A stretch of 64,000 bases of DNA from Candidatus Latescibacterota bacterium (lineage in GTDB: Bacteria; Latescibacterota; UBA2968; GCA-2709665): contig OZ250150.1 in the NCBI GenBank assembly GCA_965237675.1, positions 836,339-900,338 on the forward strand, given 5' to 3'. The notes beneath the pieces are model-generated. The model had not been told where the DNA came from and ran no database searches. It was given only the letters and a program-made list of their open reading frames with translations. A program made the translations under genes and the position numbers. Shown here piece by piece: positions 9,813 to 19,817 of the stretch (position 1 is the first letter of the stretch; every line of letters begins with the position of its first letter).

Positions 9813-11204
9813 TCACCTTTCGGAGGCGGCGTCGAGATCGCGAAGCAATTCCTCGACGTGAGTCACTAGGTCTTCATTGTCGCTTTTCCGCGCGAGATCC
9901 AAGGCGGTTTCCAAGTCGATCCGGCCCTCGCTCTTGAGACCCAACTCTACCTTTGAAACGCCTCTGTTGGCGTATGCTTCGCTGAAATCTGGGCGCAGGC
10001 GGATCGCCTCGTCAAAATTGCTGACGGCCTCTTCGTAGCGCCCCATTGTGAGCATTGTAGTGCCAAGATTGTAAATGGCTTTGACGTAATCCGCTTTCAG
10101 CCGGACGGCCTCGCTGAAATCGTCGATTGCCTCATCGAAATGCTTTAATGCAACCCTAGTAGTTCCCCGATTGTAGAACGCTTCTGCATAGTCCGGTTTC
10201 AGGCGGATGGCCTGATTGCAGTCAGCGATAGACTCATCGTAGAGTTCCATAGCAAGCCTGGCTGAAGCTCGGCCATTGTATGCTTCTGCAAAGTTCTGTT
10301 GCAAACGGATTGCTTCATCATAGTCCGCAATAGCGTCCTTGTACCGGTTGAATTGTTGCTTCGCGGTGCCTCGGTTGACAAAGGCTTCGGCTAAGTCCGG
10401 CTTCAAGTGGATTGCTCGGTCGTTGGCCGAGATGCTAGCCTTGGGGTCGACGTAAAGGAACAAATATCCAACAGAAAACCACGCTCTCGCAGCGAGAAAG
10501 TTATCGGCATCTTCCGCGACGTGAGCGATTGCACGCCACTTTTCGATAGCATCATTTCTCTTGCCCTGCCGTTGAAGAGAGACTGCCTGGGCAACAGCTT
10601 TGTCAAGCAGCGATGCGCTTGGGTCGTTCTGCACATTTCTGACAGCTTGTCCCACTTTGTCTGGATCATCGGCGACAAGCTTAGCGTTCATCCTCTGGAT
10701 AATCTCGTCCGATTTTTCGCGGATATTTGCAATCTCTCCCAAGTGACCTTCAGCGGCCTCCTCCAGTTCCGCAACCCGCTGAATGCTGTTCCTAGCCTCG
10801 GTCTCGATTTCCCTGAATCGCCTGAAGCCCATGATTCCGGCGATTGCTACTACGACACCGAAAAAAGTAAGTACAATGCCAATAACAACTAGCCACCAGT
10901 TGACGACTCTTGCACGGTCATCCAGAATTTCTCTACGGAGTTCGTTAAAACGACGTTGGATTTCGACATCGACTGTAGCCGGAATACTTATTTTTCGGGG
11001 TGGAACGATTTTTGTGTGGGTTCTCGAATCGGTGCTATCTGATACGACCACAAGACTCGCTGCAATTGTCGCTTTTCTCGACAGCCCTCGCCGGTCTTCA
11101 AGCAATGGTTCTGTCGTCTGCGCGAACGAAACCAATGGGGCGGACACAATCGTTGCTACAGCGATCCACCGTTGCCCAACCAAAGCTCCCAGCAACCGAA
11201 TCAT
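9813..11204 (-). CDS. Membrane-anchored tetratricopeptide-repeat protein
   Basis: 463 aa. N-terminal hydrophobic signal, TM helix WWLVVIGIVLTFFGVVVAIAGIMGF, then more than six TPR units (AEAFVNRGTAK, AEAYNGRASAR, AEAFYNRGTTR, VKAIYNLGTT, SEAYANRGVSK). Confidence 0.8.
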   Translation of the reverse strand: MIRLLGALVGQRWIAVATIVSAPLVSFAQTTEPLLEDRRGLSRKATIAASLVVVSDSTDSRTHTKIVPPRKISIPATVDVEIQRRFNELRREILDDRARVVNWWLVVIGIVLTFFGVVVAIAGIMGFRRFREIETEARNSIQRVAELEEAAEGHLGEIANIREKSDEIIQRMNAKLVADDPDKVGQAVRNVQNDPSASLLDKAVAQAVSLQRQGKRNDAIEKWRAIAHVAEDADNFLAARAWFSVGYLFLYVDPKASISANDRAIHLKPDLAEAFVNRGTAKQQFNRYKDAIADYDEAIRLQQNFAEAYNGRASARLAMELYDESIADCNQAIRLKPDYAEAFYNRGTTRVALKHFDEAIDDFSEAVRLKADYVKAIYNLGTTMLTMGRYEEAVSNFDEAIRLRPDFSEAYANRGVSKVELGLKSEGRIDLETALDLARKSDNEDLVTHVEELLRDLDAASER

Positions 11205-11520
11205 CCGGCGATCCTTATGGATGTTTGTATATGTTATTCCACATCTACTCGCGACTACTCGATAAAACCCGTTACGGCATTATTCCATTACCCGATTCGG
11301 ATATTACATCCGCGAGTTGCGTCAAGGTTCGCACATTGGCGTTAAAATCGTTCGCGGGAAACGTCGGACATACAACGACCGTCGCAACCTACGATCAATT
11401 ACGTGACGACATCGAAATAGTGTTTCTTCTGGGTGCAATACGGCTAAGATCGGTCTGTGGGTGTATTTCCGACCCTTTACCCCATGGTAATTTGGGCTTT
11501 GGTTGTGGATCGTATAGGCA

Positions 11521-13281
11521 TCACAATCCCCGGCCTCGGACAACTCTCGACACGAATCTTTCGAAGTTCTCAAGCGATTGCGTACACTCCGAGTGGGTGG
11601 CACCGAAAATGCCGCATTTTACGTACGCGGATGCATCCTCTAACTGAGATACAGAATTCGTGATTTCTGTCATTATACGTTGCATAGTCTGAGAGCGAAG
11701 GAAAAAGGCACCCGGTGGAAACCAATCAATTGAAAATTTCGTACGATAACCGAACCCCAGAGCAATCAGAATCTCAAACTTATCAAAGACGAATGTGTAT
11801 TTCTGTTCGTCCGTTATGAGATTGTTCAGAGGCTGTCGTAGTGCATCGTGGATCCACTCGCTCAAGGGTTCAACGCTCTCTTCCATCCCATCCAATAGGC
11901 GACCCCACGGAAACCTCGCGGTCACCTCTATATCAAATAGGGCAGTGATGACGTTCTCTGGCTGATATCCTGTAGGTCCATAATTGACAGGTGTACTCAA
12001 GATGCGATTTAAGAGGCGTAAATTTCCAGATTCGACCACACCAAGTCCGAATGCATAAAGGAGCAATCTTGCGGGGTATGTTTTTACGGGAAACCAGGAG
12101 GTCCCTTTACCAAGAGACGCTGCTGACAATCGCTGTATTGCCCTCTCCCACGCCGTGAGATTGTCGTCTTCACCCCAGTAACCGCCAACAGATGCAATCG
12201 CCAGAAGTGTTGAACACTTAGACTCGTACGCGCGAAGACGGGCCGTAACCAATCCTCGATTTGGCTGTTGCGTTACCAACTCCTTGGAGTCTTCTCTGGA
12301 AGTTGCATTTAGCACTTGATTCACTGCCACATCGACAAGGTCTACAAGCCGTATTCTGTGTTCGGGAGATGACAAGTAACGCTTCAAACTCCCGACGGCC
12401 ACTTCCGTAGAAAGCGGGTGCGGCTTTGAAAACTCCTCAATCGACTCGACGTTTTCGTGGATGTCATCGAAGAATGTCTCGGCGTCCTCAATACGAACGA
12501 GTTGGGCTTTTCGATGTTCTATGAGCCGCTGGGCTATCTCGCCTGCATTGCCCCTCACCGCCCAGTATGTCGTGAAACGTCGCGAGGACGCACGGAACAA
12601 TGCGTTTCGCAATGCGCCGTCCCATTCAGCCGACCACCCGCAGACGATCAGGCCGAACTCATCGAAGATCTGGTCCAAGAGTTTATGGTACTCGGGCGGA
12701 TACTCATCAAGTTCGGCCGGGGTATTTTTAATACGGGTATCGAGATAATCTCCATTTACCTTGAAGACGCAACACTGCGTGTGAATCAAGGGAAGTGCGC
12801 CCTTAACTTGATCTACAGAACTCAGGATAATCGGTACAACCCCTTCATCAATCAGGGCGGTTTCTACGAGACGGTCAAAATTAGTGGTGATAATGACCTT
12901 AATGAAACCTTGCGCGGCCAATGCGGCGATGGCGCGGTGGGCCGCGGTCGGCGCTTTCACGCCTTCCTCGCGCTCCTCGTCGGTTGGTTCAAAATAAGGC
13001 CGAAGCAACTGTTGCCGCTCGGCCTGGGTTGTGGCAAGTTCGTCGAGAAGATCGGAGTATGAGACCTCTTTCTCGAATTTCTCCAAATACCAGCGTTCTG
13101 GATTGGATTCGCACGTTTCGCCGCTGAGACTCGCCAGTTTACGAATCAAATCAAGCGTTATCTCCCAACCCGTGGAAATCTTTGCCGCCCGGGATACGCC
13201 TGAGCCCACAAGAACAGCGTAAACCCCAGGATTTGCTTGGATAGAAAATGCCAGTGAGTGGACAGGATCGATTGACCTCAT
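11521..13281 (-). CDS. SIR2-family (SIR2_2-like) protein with ~300-aa uncharacterised C-terminal region
   Basis: VLVGSGVSRAAKISTGWEITLDLIRKLA, TTNFDRLVETA, FKVNGDYLDTRIKNT and GLIVCGWSAEWD match the SIR2_2 pattern. ATG 13281 overlaps the upstream stop (ATGA 13278-13281). The track start at 13347 lies inside the upstream gene. Confidence 0.75.
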   Translation of the reverse strand: MRSIDPVHSLAFSIQANPGVYAVLVGSGVSRAAKISTGWEITLDLIRKLASLSGETCESNPERWYLEKFEKEVSYSDLLDELATTQAERQQLLRPYFEPTDEEREEGVKAPTAAHRAIAALAAQGFIKVIITTNFDRLVETALIDEGVVPIILSSVDQVKGALPLIHTQCCVFKVNGDYLDTRIKNTPAELDEYPPEYHKLLDQIFDEFGLIVCGWSAEWDGALRNALFRASSRRFTTYWAVRGNAGEIAQRLIEHRKAQLVRIEDAETFFDDIHENVESIEEFSKPHPLSTEVAVGSLKRYLSSPEHRIRLVDLVDVAVNQVLNATSREDSKELVTQQPNRGLVTARLRAYESKCSTLLAIASVGGYWGEDDNLTAWERAIQRLSAASLGKGTSWFPVKTYPARLLLYAFGLGVVESGNLRLLNRILSTPVNYGPTGYQPENVITALFDIEVTARFPWGRLLDGMEESVEPLSEWIHDALRQPLNNLITDEQKYTFVFDKFEILIALGFGYRTKFSIDWFPPGAFFLRSQTMQRIMTEITNSVSQLEDASAYVKCGIFGATHSECTQSLENFERFVSRVVRGRGL

Positions 13282-14414
13282 TCCCCCTCTTCCTGCATAT
13301 CCTTTTGCGGAATGACGGCAACAACGCGTGGATTCAACAAGTGCCAACGCTGACCGTGGCGATCTAAGTCGCCTTCTACCACTATTGGCGCCTTCTCCTT
13401 GTGAGCCTGGATCGCTCGTGCGTAATCGGACTGACTCAAAACGGCAACCACTGACTTCATTTGCTCGTCAATATATGCTCGCAGAGTGATTGTACCCAAA
13501 TCCTGCTCGTAGCGTATCAGCCTGTGGACAGGGCCAGTGAGCCGGACGTTCGGCCGCGGTTCACGATCACGGAATAACCGCGCGGCCTGACGGAAAATCG
13601 GAGCGTCACCCTTGGCAAAGCGAACCACCTCCCGTACCGTCTTCATCGGATACGTGCGGGCCCAGGTCAAACTGACGTCCAGTGCTTCGAAGGGTTCGAT
13701 CAACTTCACGAGCGCTTCGCACAGATTGGCGCTTACACCATCGTCCACGGCCAGTAGGAAAGCGTCGACGTTTCCACCGATTATTCCTTCCGTCGCATGC
13801 CGGGCGGCTCGCAGCGCGGAAACCAGACGCCTTGTCATCTTGCGCTCAATCGGGTCTTCGTTGTGCTCCGAATCCTGAATGAAGGACTGTTGTATGGTTG
13901 GCGGCACTACAGGGGTCAGCATGGTAACAACAAAGCTGCCCTGCTCGGTCTGTCCCAAGCGTAAGTTTCGCACATAATCCATGGCCTGAATGTTGGCGCC
14001 CGGGCGATAAACCGCCCTTGGATTATGCAGAGAACAGGCTGCTGCCAGGATCATATCGTGTGCGCCGCACACAAGGTCGATCCCATCGCTTACGGACACG
14101 GCGCCGTCGACGCCTTCTGCTGCCCGCACGCGAATGACATCTCGGTCGGCGGTAACCAGGTCGCGGTAGAGAGAAAGTTCGTCGGTACCGGCAACATCGG
14201 CAAAGATATCGATGAGTTGAGATACAACGTTGGCATAATCACCCAATCGTTGGGTTCGCGGCAAGATGATTTCCGGTAACCCGTCCGACACATAGACGTC
14301 TGAAGAGTCACCGTAGTTGTCCGTCCGTGTCCAGCCCGTTGCGCGGGCATAGGCTGATAGGGCCGCAGGCGAAATCTCGCTCAAGGGCCCCTTGTCCCGA
14401 ATGCTGACCCTCAT
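13278..14414 (-). CDS. Hypothetical 378-aa protein (SIR2-operon gene 3), no recognisable domain
   Basis: Long clean ORF with ATGA overlaps at both ends (14411-14414 and 13278-13281). Confidence 0.7.
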   Translation of the reverse strand: MRVSIRDKGPLSEISPAALSAYARATGWTRTDNYGDSSDVYVSDGLPEIILPRTQRLGDYANVVSQLIDIFADVAGTDELSLYRDLVTADRDVIRVRAAEGVDGAVSVSDGIDLVCGAHDMILAAACSLHNPRAVYRPGANIQAMDYVRNLRLGQTEQGSFVVTMLTPVVPPTIQQSFIQDSEHNEDPIERKMTRRLVSALRAARHATEGIIGGNVDAFLLAVDDGVSANLCEALVKLIEPFEALDVSLTWARTYPMKTVREVVRFAKGDAPIFRQAARLFRDREPRPNVRLTGPVHRLIRYEQDLGTITLRAYIDEQMKSVVAVLSQSDYARAIQAHKEKAPIVVEGDLDRHGQRWHLLNPRVVAVIPQKDMQEEGE

Positions 14415-14911
14415 CGGATTCTCCCTTGTTGTGACTGTTCCATGAGCGAACGAAGATTATCCACGTCAAACACGTTGCTCCTCGGTATTCGGACCGTAAC
14501 GGACGACTGGTTGTCCGTCTCCGCAAAACCGTTCAGGTTCAACCAATATGCTCGGCGCCTCAGTACAAGCTCATCCTCGGTGATCGTAACCCATTGCTCC
14601 GTTTCTTTCGGTAGGTCTAGCACCACGAGCAACCTCGGCGTCTGTGTTTCGATACGCAGCTGGTCGTAATTCCTGCGCTTCAGTGGAAAGTGAAAGCACC
14701 CACCATCTCGCGTGGTCAGATTGACTGTCGCCTTTAACTGCAATTCGAGCGCGGGTCGCATCGCCCCACCCGCTTGAATCCGAAGATCGATGCTGTCGCG
14801 ATCCAGATCTGGGCGTGCCGTGACATAACCTGCCCGCGCCGCTACTGCCTTTGCATAGACGAGAGACAACGCTTCTTCCTGGTCGGAATCTGTCATCAGC
14901 GCATCGGTCAT
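14411..14911 (-). CDS. DUF4365-like (PD-(D/E)xK restriction-endonuclease-fold) protein
   Basis: ATG 14911 is preceded by GGAGGGAG. DRDSIDLRIQAG...LELQLKAT resembles the D..GID...E.Q.K core of DUF4365. Confidence 0.55.
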   Translation of the reverse strand: MTDALMTDSDQEEALSLVYAKAVAARAGYVTARPDLDRDSIDLRIQAGGAMRPALELQLKATVNLTTRDGGCFHFPLKRRNYDQLRIETQTPRLLVVLDLPKETEQWVTITEDELVLRRRAYWLNLNGFAETDNQSSVTVRIPRSNVFDVDNLRSLMEQSQQGRIR

Positions 14912-14924
14912 GCAACTCCCTCCA

Positions 14925-15290
14925 TTAGATTCCACCGACACCTACCAACGAGGCGACGTCCTCACCTTCGAACCACTCCATTTTACCATTGCAACCCATA
15001 GCGTAAGGCAGTCGAAACTCGGAATCAGGTAATACCACGTTGGTGTTATGCGGATTCATATATAGACAGGCGGATGCATTCCTTAGATTCCACACGTCAA
15101 CCTTGGAGAACATCAATATAGCATCAATTCGGCTGTGTCGACCGCAAGACCAGAAACCATTCTGCTTACGGTCTAGCCGCGGGGGTGAGTCAGGGTGGTC
15201 ACTGGAAAAGACGAGTTGCTCTTTGCCGAACAGCACCTCCATATCATCCTGGTGGCCGTTGTAGAACATATTGCGGACGTTCACTGCCAA
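14925..15290 (-). CDS. Hypothetical ~114-121-aa protein (SIR2-operon gene 1)
   Basis: The reading frame opens at 15320 after a TAG (15321-15323). Candidate starts are TTG 15290 or ATG 15269. Its TAA (14925-14927) sits 13 nt upstream of the next start codon, next to that gene's RBS. Function unknown. Confidence 0.45.
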   Translation of the reverse strand: MAVNVRNMFYNGHQDDMEVLFGKEQLVFSSDHPDSPPRLDRKQNGFWSCGRHSRIDAILMFSKVDVWNLRNASACLYMNPHNTNVVLPDSEFRLPYAMGCNGKMEWFEGEDVASLVGVGGI

Positions 15291-15454
15291 TACGACAGGC
15301 GCTCCATGCGTGCGATATTTCTACGCTTTTTACATTAACGCGTTCCGTAAAGGGGCCGAACAATCTGAAAATGCACCGAAACGATGCCCTACGGCAAGTT
15401 GACGCTCTCAATCATCCTTTCGTTCCTCCGATGAAATCGGGGAATGCCAGGCTT

Positions 15455-16810
15455 CTATGTATCAATCGCCTTGGCCGCGATAAAATTAAAATGCCTGGTG
15501 AACAATTCACGCGAGTGGATCAAGAATTGTCTTGGTATTCCTAAACATTCAAATATGTGAATACCAATCTCGATTGCGTCACCTATTGCATCACCAACTT
15601 GATCCATAGTTAAAGAGTCTGACTGCGGAACACTGCGTTCTGGTAGCACCGCAAAGGTATCGAGTGATGTACCACTCGGCACCAGTACGTCTGTATCCTG
15701 CACTACGGGAAGACCGTATTCTTCGATATGTTCCTGGTACGCTGGCAAATCTACAAAAGGCACGGTTCGCCAGATATTCTCGAGGTGAGCCTTGACATAA
15801 AACGGCCCCTTTACCTTCGCTTGCCAAACAAGGCGACGATGTCGCCTGATCAATGACATCAAAAGAATCAGTACTAAGTTTAAGTCCAATACTCGACTAC
15901 TATCCAGTCCATGTTCACGTACCTTTGAAGTGAAGGACTCATATATTGAGGCTTCCGGTTGGTGCGCATAGGAAAAACCTGATGCAGCCGACTGTACGGG
16001 AAATGTTATAAACGAATGGCAGTGTCTGGAGAATTCCCACGTAAGGATGCGGCTGTATGGGTCGTTGTTTTTTGCCTGCCTTGCGACATATCCTCCAGAC
16101 TTGGAGTAGATATTGTCGAATGGTAAGTTCGCCTCCCCCATCAGCGCGCTGAATTTCGAGATTCCTTCTGGATACCAATGCCCCATCGTCTCGTACGGAT
16201 CCGACATGATGCTAAAGTGAATATAGCATTGGTCTTGCTCTCCTTTGGATACGGTCGGAATTCGGGTTATTCGATCAGATAATCGAGAACGTGCGGTCTT
16301 GCTACGCTCAATAAGCAGATCCAACCTCGACCGATCTGTCTCTGGTTTTGGATCCGAGGAATCAGCGATCCTTCGATAGATGCGCCCATCGTTGTGCACG
16401 TAGGGACAATCTGCTCCTTGAGGGATTTGTACAACGACTATAGATCTATCGGCCTCCAATCCAAGGGATTCGACTGGCCCGCTGAAGACCCGGCTGGAGT
16501 AGAATACATCAGGGCTGATAATGTCCTTCGACGCGTTTCGCAGGGCTTCAAGAAAACTCGCAACTTCCGCGTTTGGAATACCAGGAAAATTCTCTGCAAC
16601 GTGCAATTCTCGGTCCTCGGAGACCCCGACGAATAACCAACCTCCAAGCTGATTCGCGAATGATGCAAGGCTCTTGGCGATATCACGAGGCTTTATCGAC
16701 TCTGACTTATATTCAACGTACCAGCCTTCATGTACGTGCCTAAGACCTGCCAGATCGTCGCCTGAAAGTTCAAAAAGCTCTTTCTCAAAGGGTCGGTAAC
16801 GATGGTTCAT
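15455..16810 (-). CDS. AlbA_2 (Schlafen-like, divergent AAA) domain protein
   Basis: WYVEYKSESIKPRDIAKSLASFANQLGGWLFVGVSED is the AlbA_2 signature. The remaining ~300 aa are uncharacterised. Confidence 0.7.
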   Translation of the reverse strand: MNHRYRPFEKELFELSGDDLAGLRHVHEGWYVEYKSESIKPRDIAKSLASFANQLGGWLFVGVSEDRELHVAENFPGIPNAEVASFLEALRNASKDIISPDVFYSSRVFSGPVESLGLEADRSIVVVQIPQGADCPYVHNDGRIYRRIADSSDPKPETDRSRLDLLIERSKTARSRLSDRITRIPTVSKGEQDQCYIHFSIMSDPYETMGHWYPEGISKFSALMGEANLPFDNIYSKSGGYVARQAKNNDPYSRILTWEFSRHCHSFITFPVQSAASGFSYAHQPEASIYESFTSKVREHGLDSSRVLDLNLVLILLMSLIRRHRRLVWQAKVKGPFYVKAHLENIWRTVPFVDLPAYQEHIEEYGLPVVQDTDVLVPSGTSLDTFAVLPERSVPQSDSLTMDQVGDAIGDAIEIGIHIFECLGIPRQFLIHSRELFTRHFNFIAAKAIDT

Positions 16811-16951
16811 AGTAATAATTCCAATTGGTTGAAAAATCGTCCAATTTCAGATTCTCACAACACGAACAATTACGATGCACACTAAACTGTTATGGATGTC
16901 TGGATGCAATCAATGCCTGATATCGTCTTCACTACCGCTTGAGCCTCCACC

Positions 16952-19750
16952 CTATTCTTGCCTACCGCTACTCACCCGCCGCCGCCGTTTCGGTTTCGCC
17001 TTTGCGGCAAGCGGCGCAACCATCTTCTCGTAGAGACCGAGCAGGTGTTCGACCCGCTCGCGCTCGGTTGTGAAGCCGCTACGTCGGTACAGCCTATCGA
17101 CGGCGCGGTCCAGGGCCTGATGTACTTTGCGAAGGTCGGGTGGCATGAAGTCAGGGTCGTATAGGTTGGCCAACGTTTCGCCTGGATGGTTGGCGCGAGC
17201 GGCGAGAACGGCTTCCGCGGGGGGCGCAAGGCGTTCCAGGCGTTCGGCTGGGACGGGAGGCAGGGGGAAGGTATTGTACACAATGCCGATCCCGTACGAA
17301 AAGTCACTCTTGAGCCGCCCGCCGATGTTCCGGACCCACGCCATGTGAATTGTAGATGTAAGGAGTCCAAACTGCCAAAGGGCGGCGTTGAGTAGTACGC
17401 GTACTTTATTGCTCGGAATCACCGGTGGTTCCAGCCACGCGATTGGGATATAGTCACGCCGTTCGGAACTGACCTCCGGTACGACCAGGTACGGGTCCGA
17501 AGGAATGACGTTGACGTGGTAGAGCTTTGGCATCATTGACAGTGCCTGGGTCGGCTTGCTCTTGCTTGCCAGCCTATATTCGCGGACGGCCGCTATGCGC
17601 TCCCGTACTTTCGGCAGCGTCTTGAGCACGTGCGGCGGCGCTTCCGACAGATGCAATATCCAACGTTCTCCGCCCTGCAAAAACTCGCGGCTTCCCACGA
17701 ATGGTCGCAGATACGGTTCGGCACCCGGTTCTTCGCGAAGAAAAGTAGCCCGTTCGTCGACCTTAAAAATGTAATGGCCGCCGTCTATGGGCTTGGAGCC
17801 TATTATCAGCTTCGGCAGCCCATTGATGGGTAGATGTGCCTCCCGTACGACAACTCCAGCGTCTGTCAATCCGCTCGCGTCGAAGAGGTAGGGTGAGAGG
17901 GCGGTGGGTTGGCTCTGTTGTGGATCGCCGTTGACCGTTTCGTAGGAAAACAGACGCTTCTGTCGTGGAGCATCGTCCCGTTTGGCCAATCCGATAATGA
18001 CCACGTGAACGTGCGCCATACCGCGCGCGTCCGAACCCCATGCGAACGTGCGGTGCGCAAAGGCGATTTCCAGTTTGTGGCGTTCGAACAAAATCGGCCA
18101 GAGTTGCGCCACCTGTTCGCCCTGCGTGATGGAATTGGTCGCGACAAAGCCGATTCGCGTAGTGCTATTCTGTACGTATTCCCCAGCTTTGATGAACCAC
18201 GCGGTAACGTAGTCGAGCGTGCCGCCGCTCTTTCCCAATGCGGCGATGCCGCGCACCTGTTCGCGCTGTTCGGGCGATTGAAACTTCGCGCCCACGAAAG
18301 GCGGATTACCCAGCACGTACGAACATTCCTCCGGCCGCAGAAGTTCGGACCATTCAAACTCAAGCGCGTCACCATGCCGGATGTGCGGCGATTTCTCCAG
18401 CGGAATGCGGACGTACGTCTGTCCGAACTCCAAGCTCAGCCGGTTATTCATGATATGGTCCATCATCCACAACGCGACCTCGGCGATGTGCGCCGGAAAC
18501 TCCCCCAACTCAATCCCGTAGAACTGGTCCACGTCGACCACCGAAAGCAACTTTGCAAAGGCATCAACCTGGCCCTTCGGACGAATCTCCTTGAGAACCT
18601 GGATCTCCAACTCTCGTAATTCACGGTAGGCAATGATGAGGAAATTCCCGCAGCCGCAGGCTGGATCGAAGAAATTCAGGTCACCGAGCCGCTGCTGAAA
18701 GGAGATCAGTTCGGGAATGCGGCGCGTGTCGCGACGCGCCTTCAGGCGTTGGAACTCCTCGCGCAGTTCGTCGAGGAATAGCGGCTCGATTACCTTGAGG
18801 ATGTTCTGCTCGGTGGTGTAATGCGCGCCCTGTCGGCGGCGTTCGTCCTTCTCCATTACGGACTGGAATAGCGAGCCGAAGATGGCCGGAGAGATATCGG
18901 ACCAATTGAAATGGCAAGCGTCGATGAGCCGCTGGCGCATTCTGGAATCGAACGATGGTATGGACAGCGTGTCTCGGAAGAGGTCTCCGTTGACATTGGG
19001 GAAGCGGTCGAGGTCTTCGTCGAGCGTTTTGGCGCGTCGGTCTTCGGGTGTGTTGAGCACCTGGAACAATTGCGCCAGCCACCCGCCCAGGTCTGAGCCA
19101 TCTTCGTTCGTCCTATTTTCCAACAGGTCAAGGAAGATGTCACGCGGCTCGAAGATGCCGGTGTCGTCGGCAAAGAAGCAGAAGACGATCCGGACGAGGA
19201 ATTGCTCCAGGTCGTGGCCGGTGTAGCCGGAAGCCGCCAGCGCGTCGTGGAGAAGGCCCACACGCTCGGCCGCCTGAATGTTTACCGGGTCTTGATCCTT
19301 GAAGGTGCGCTTCTGGAGGCCGAGAATAAAGCCGAACTTTTCAATGTTATCAGGTAGATCGGCCAGGGCGAAACGCACCTCCTCGCGCTCGTCCCTGTCG
19401 ATCAATTCAAAGGTCTGGAAGTCGCACTGCAACTGGTAGCGCGGTCGCTCGTGCTCCTGCAGGGCATCGAAATAAGCGTCTGCCTGGTGCCGCGCCTTTT
19501 CCAGATTTACTCCCGCGCTCTTCTGCTCGACGAGCAATACCCCAGGCCAAAACAGATCGATGAATCCGTGGGAATCGTCCAGCCGTTTGACCTGCTCTTC
19601 GTAGCGGGCGACCGTGCGACGTTTTACGCCGAATATCTCGAAGAATTCATTGTAAAAGCTCTGCGTCTCGCCCTTCTCGTAGCCCGAGTCCTTCCACTCT
19701 CGTGCAAAATTGGCGGCGCGGGTGCGGATTTCATTCCATGATAGTCGCAT
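16952..19750 (-). CDS. MmeI-like Type IIL (IIG) restriction-modification enzyme (fused endonuclease-methyltransferase-specificity)
   Basis: 932 aa. The N-terminus MRLSWNEIRTRAANFAREW...FIDLFWPGVLLVEQKS closely parallels the MmeI D-x(n)-ExK nuclease motif. The N6-adenine methylase motif IV is present as VLGNPPFVG. Confidence 0.85.
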   Translation of the reverse strand: MRLSWNEIRTRAANFAREWKDSGYEKGETQSFYNEFFEIFGVKRRTVARYEEQVKRLDDSHGFIDLFWPGVLLVEQKSAGVNLEKARHQADAYFDALQEHERPRYQLQCDFQTFELIDRDEREEVRFALADLPDNIEKFGFILGLQKRTFKDQDPVNIQAAERVGLLHDALAASGYTGHDLEQFLVRIVFCFFADDTGIFEPRDIFLDLLENRTNEDGSDLGGWLAQLFQVLNTPEDRRAKTLDEDLDRFPNVNGDLFRDTLSIPSFDSRMRQRLIDACHFNWSDISPAIFGSLFQSVMEKDERRRQGAHYTTEQNILKVIEPLFLDELREEFQRLKARRDTRRIPELISFQQRLGDLNFFDPACGCGNFLIIAYRELRELEIQVLKEIRPKGQVDAFAKLLSVVDVDQFYGIELGEFPAHIAEVALWMMDHIMNNRLSLEFGQTYVRIPLEKSPHIRHGDALEFEWSELLRPEECSYVLGNPPFVGAKFQSPEQREQVRGIAALGKSGGTLDYVTAWFIKAGEYVQNSTTRIGFVATNSITQGEQVAQLWPILFERHKLEIAFAHRTFAWGSDARGMAHVHVVIIGLAKRDDAPRQKRLFSYETVNGDPQQSQPTALSPYLFDASGLTDAGVVVREAHLPINGLPKLIIGSKPIDGGHYIFKVDERATFLREEPGAEPYLRPFVGSREFLQGGERWILHLSEAPPHVLKTLPKVRERIAAVREYRLASKSKPTQALSMMPKLYHVNVIPSDPYLVVPEVSSERRDYIPIAWLEPPVIPSNKVRVLLNAALWQFGLLTSTIHMAWVRNIGGRLKSDFSYGIGIVYNTFPLPPVPAERLERLAPPAEAVLAARANHPGETLANLYDPDFMPPDLRKVHQALDRAVDRLYRRSGFTTERERVEHLLGLYEKMVAPLAAKAKPKRRRRVSSGRQE

Positions 19751-19817
19751 GTAGTGCCTTCAATTGCATCACGTGGCGGGATTGCCCACAATGCATTTTA
19801 TAGTTCTTCAATCGCAC

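Noticed and set aside
11521-13281. Calling the SIR2 gene ThsA (Thoeris), SIR2-HerA, a SIR2-pAgo partner or DSR1/DSR2.
   Set aside because: No TIR (ThsB), HerA or Argonaute gene is present in the window. The protein is much shorter than DSR1/DSR2. I saw no SLOG-like C-terminus. This leaves the system unassigned rather than named.
15291-15454. An 8-codon mini-ORF (MIESVNLP) with a strong GGAGG RBS upstream of the SIR2 operon, considered as a leader peptide.
   Set aside because: It is too short to evaluate without conservation or expression data, and no attenuator-like structure was seen.
16952-19750. Interpreting the 932-aa methyltransferase as BREX PglX.
   Set aside because: The N-terminal MmeI-type D...ExK nuclease motif is intact. 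No PglZ, BrxC, BrxL or BrxA/B genes are nearby.
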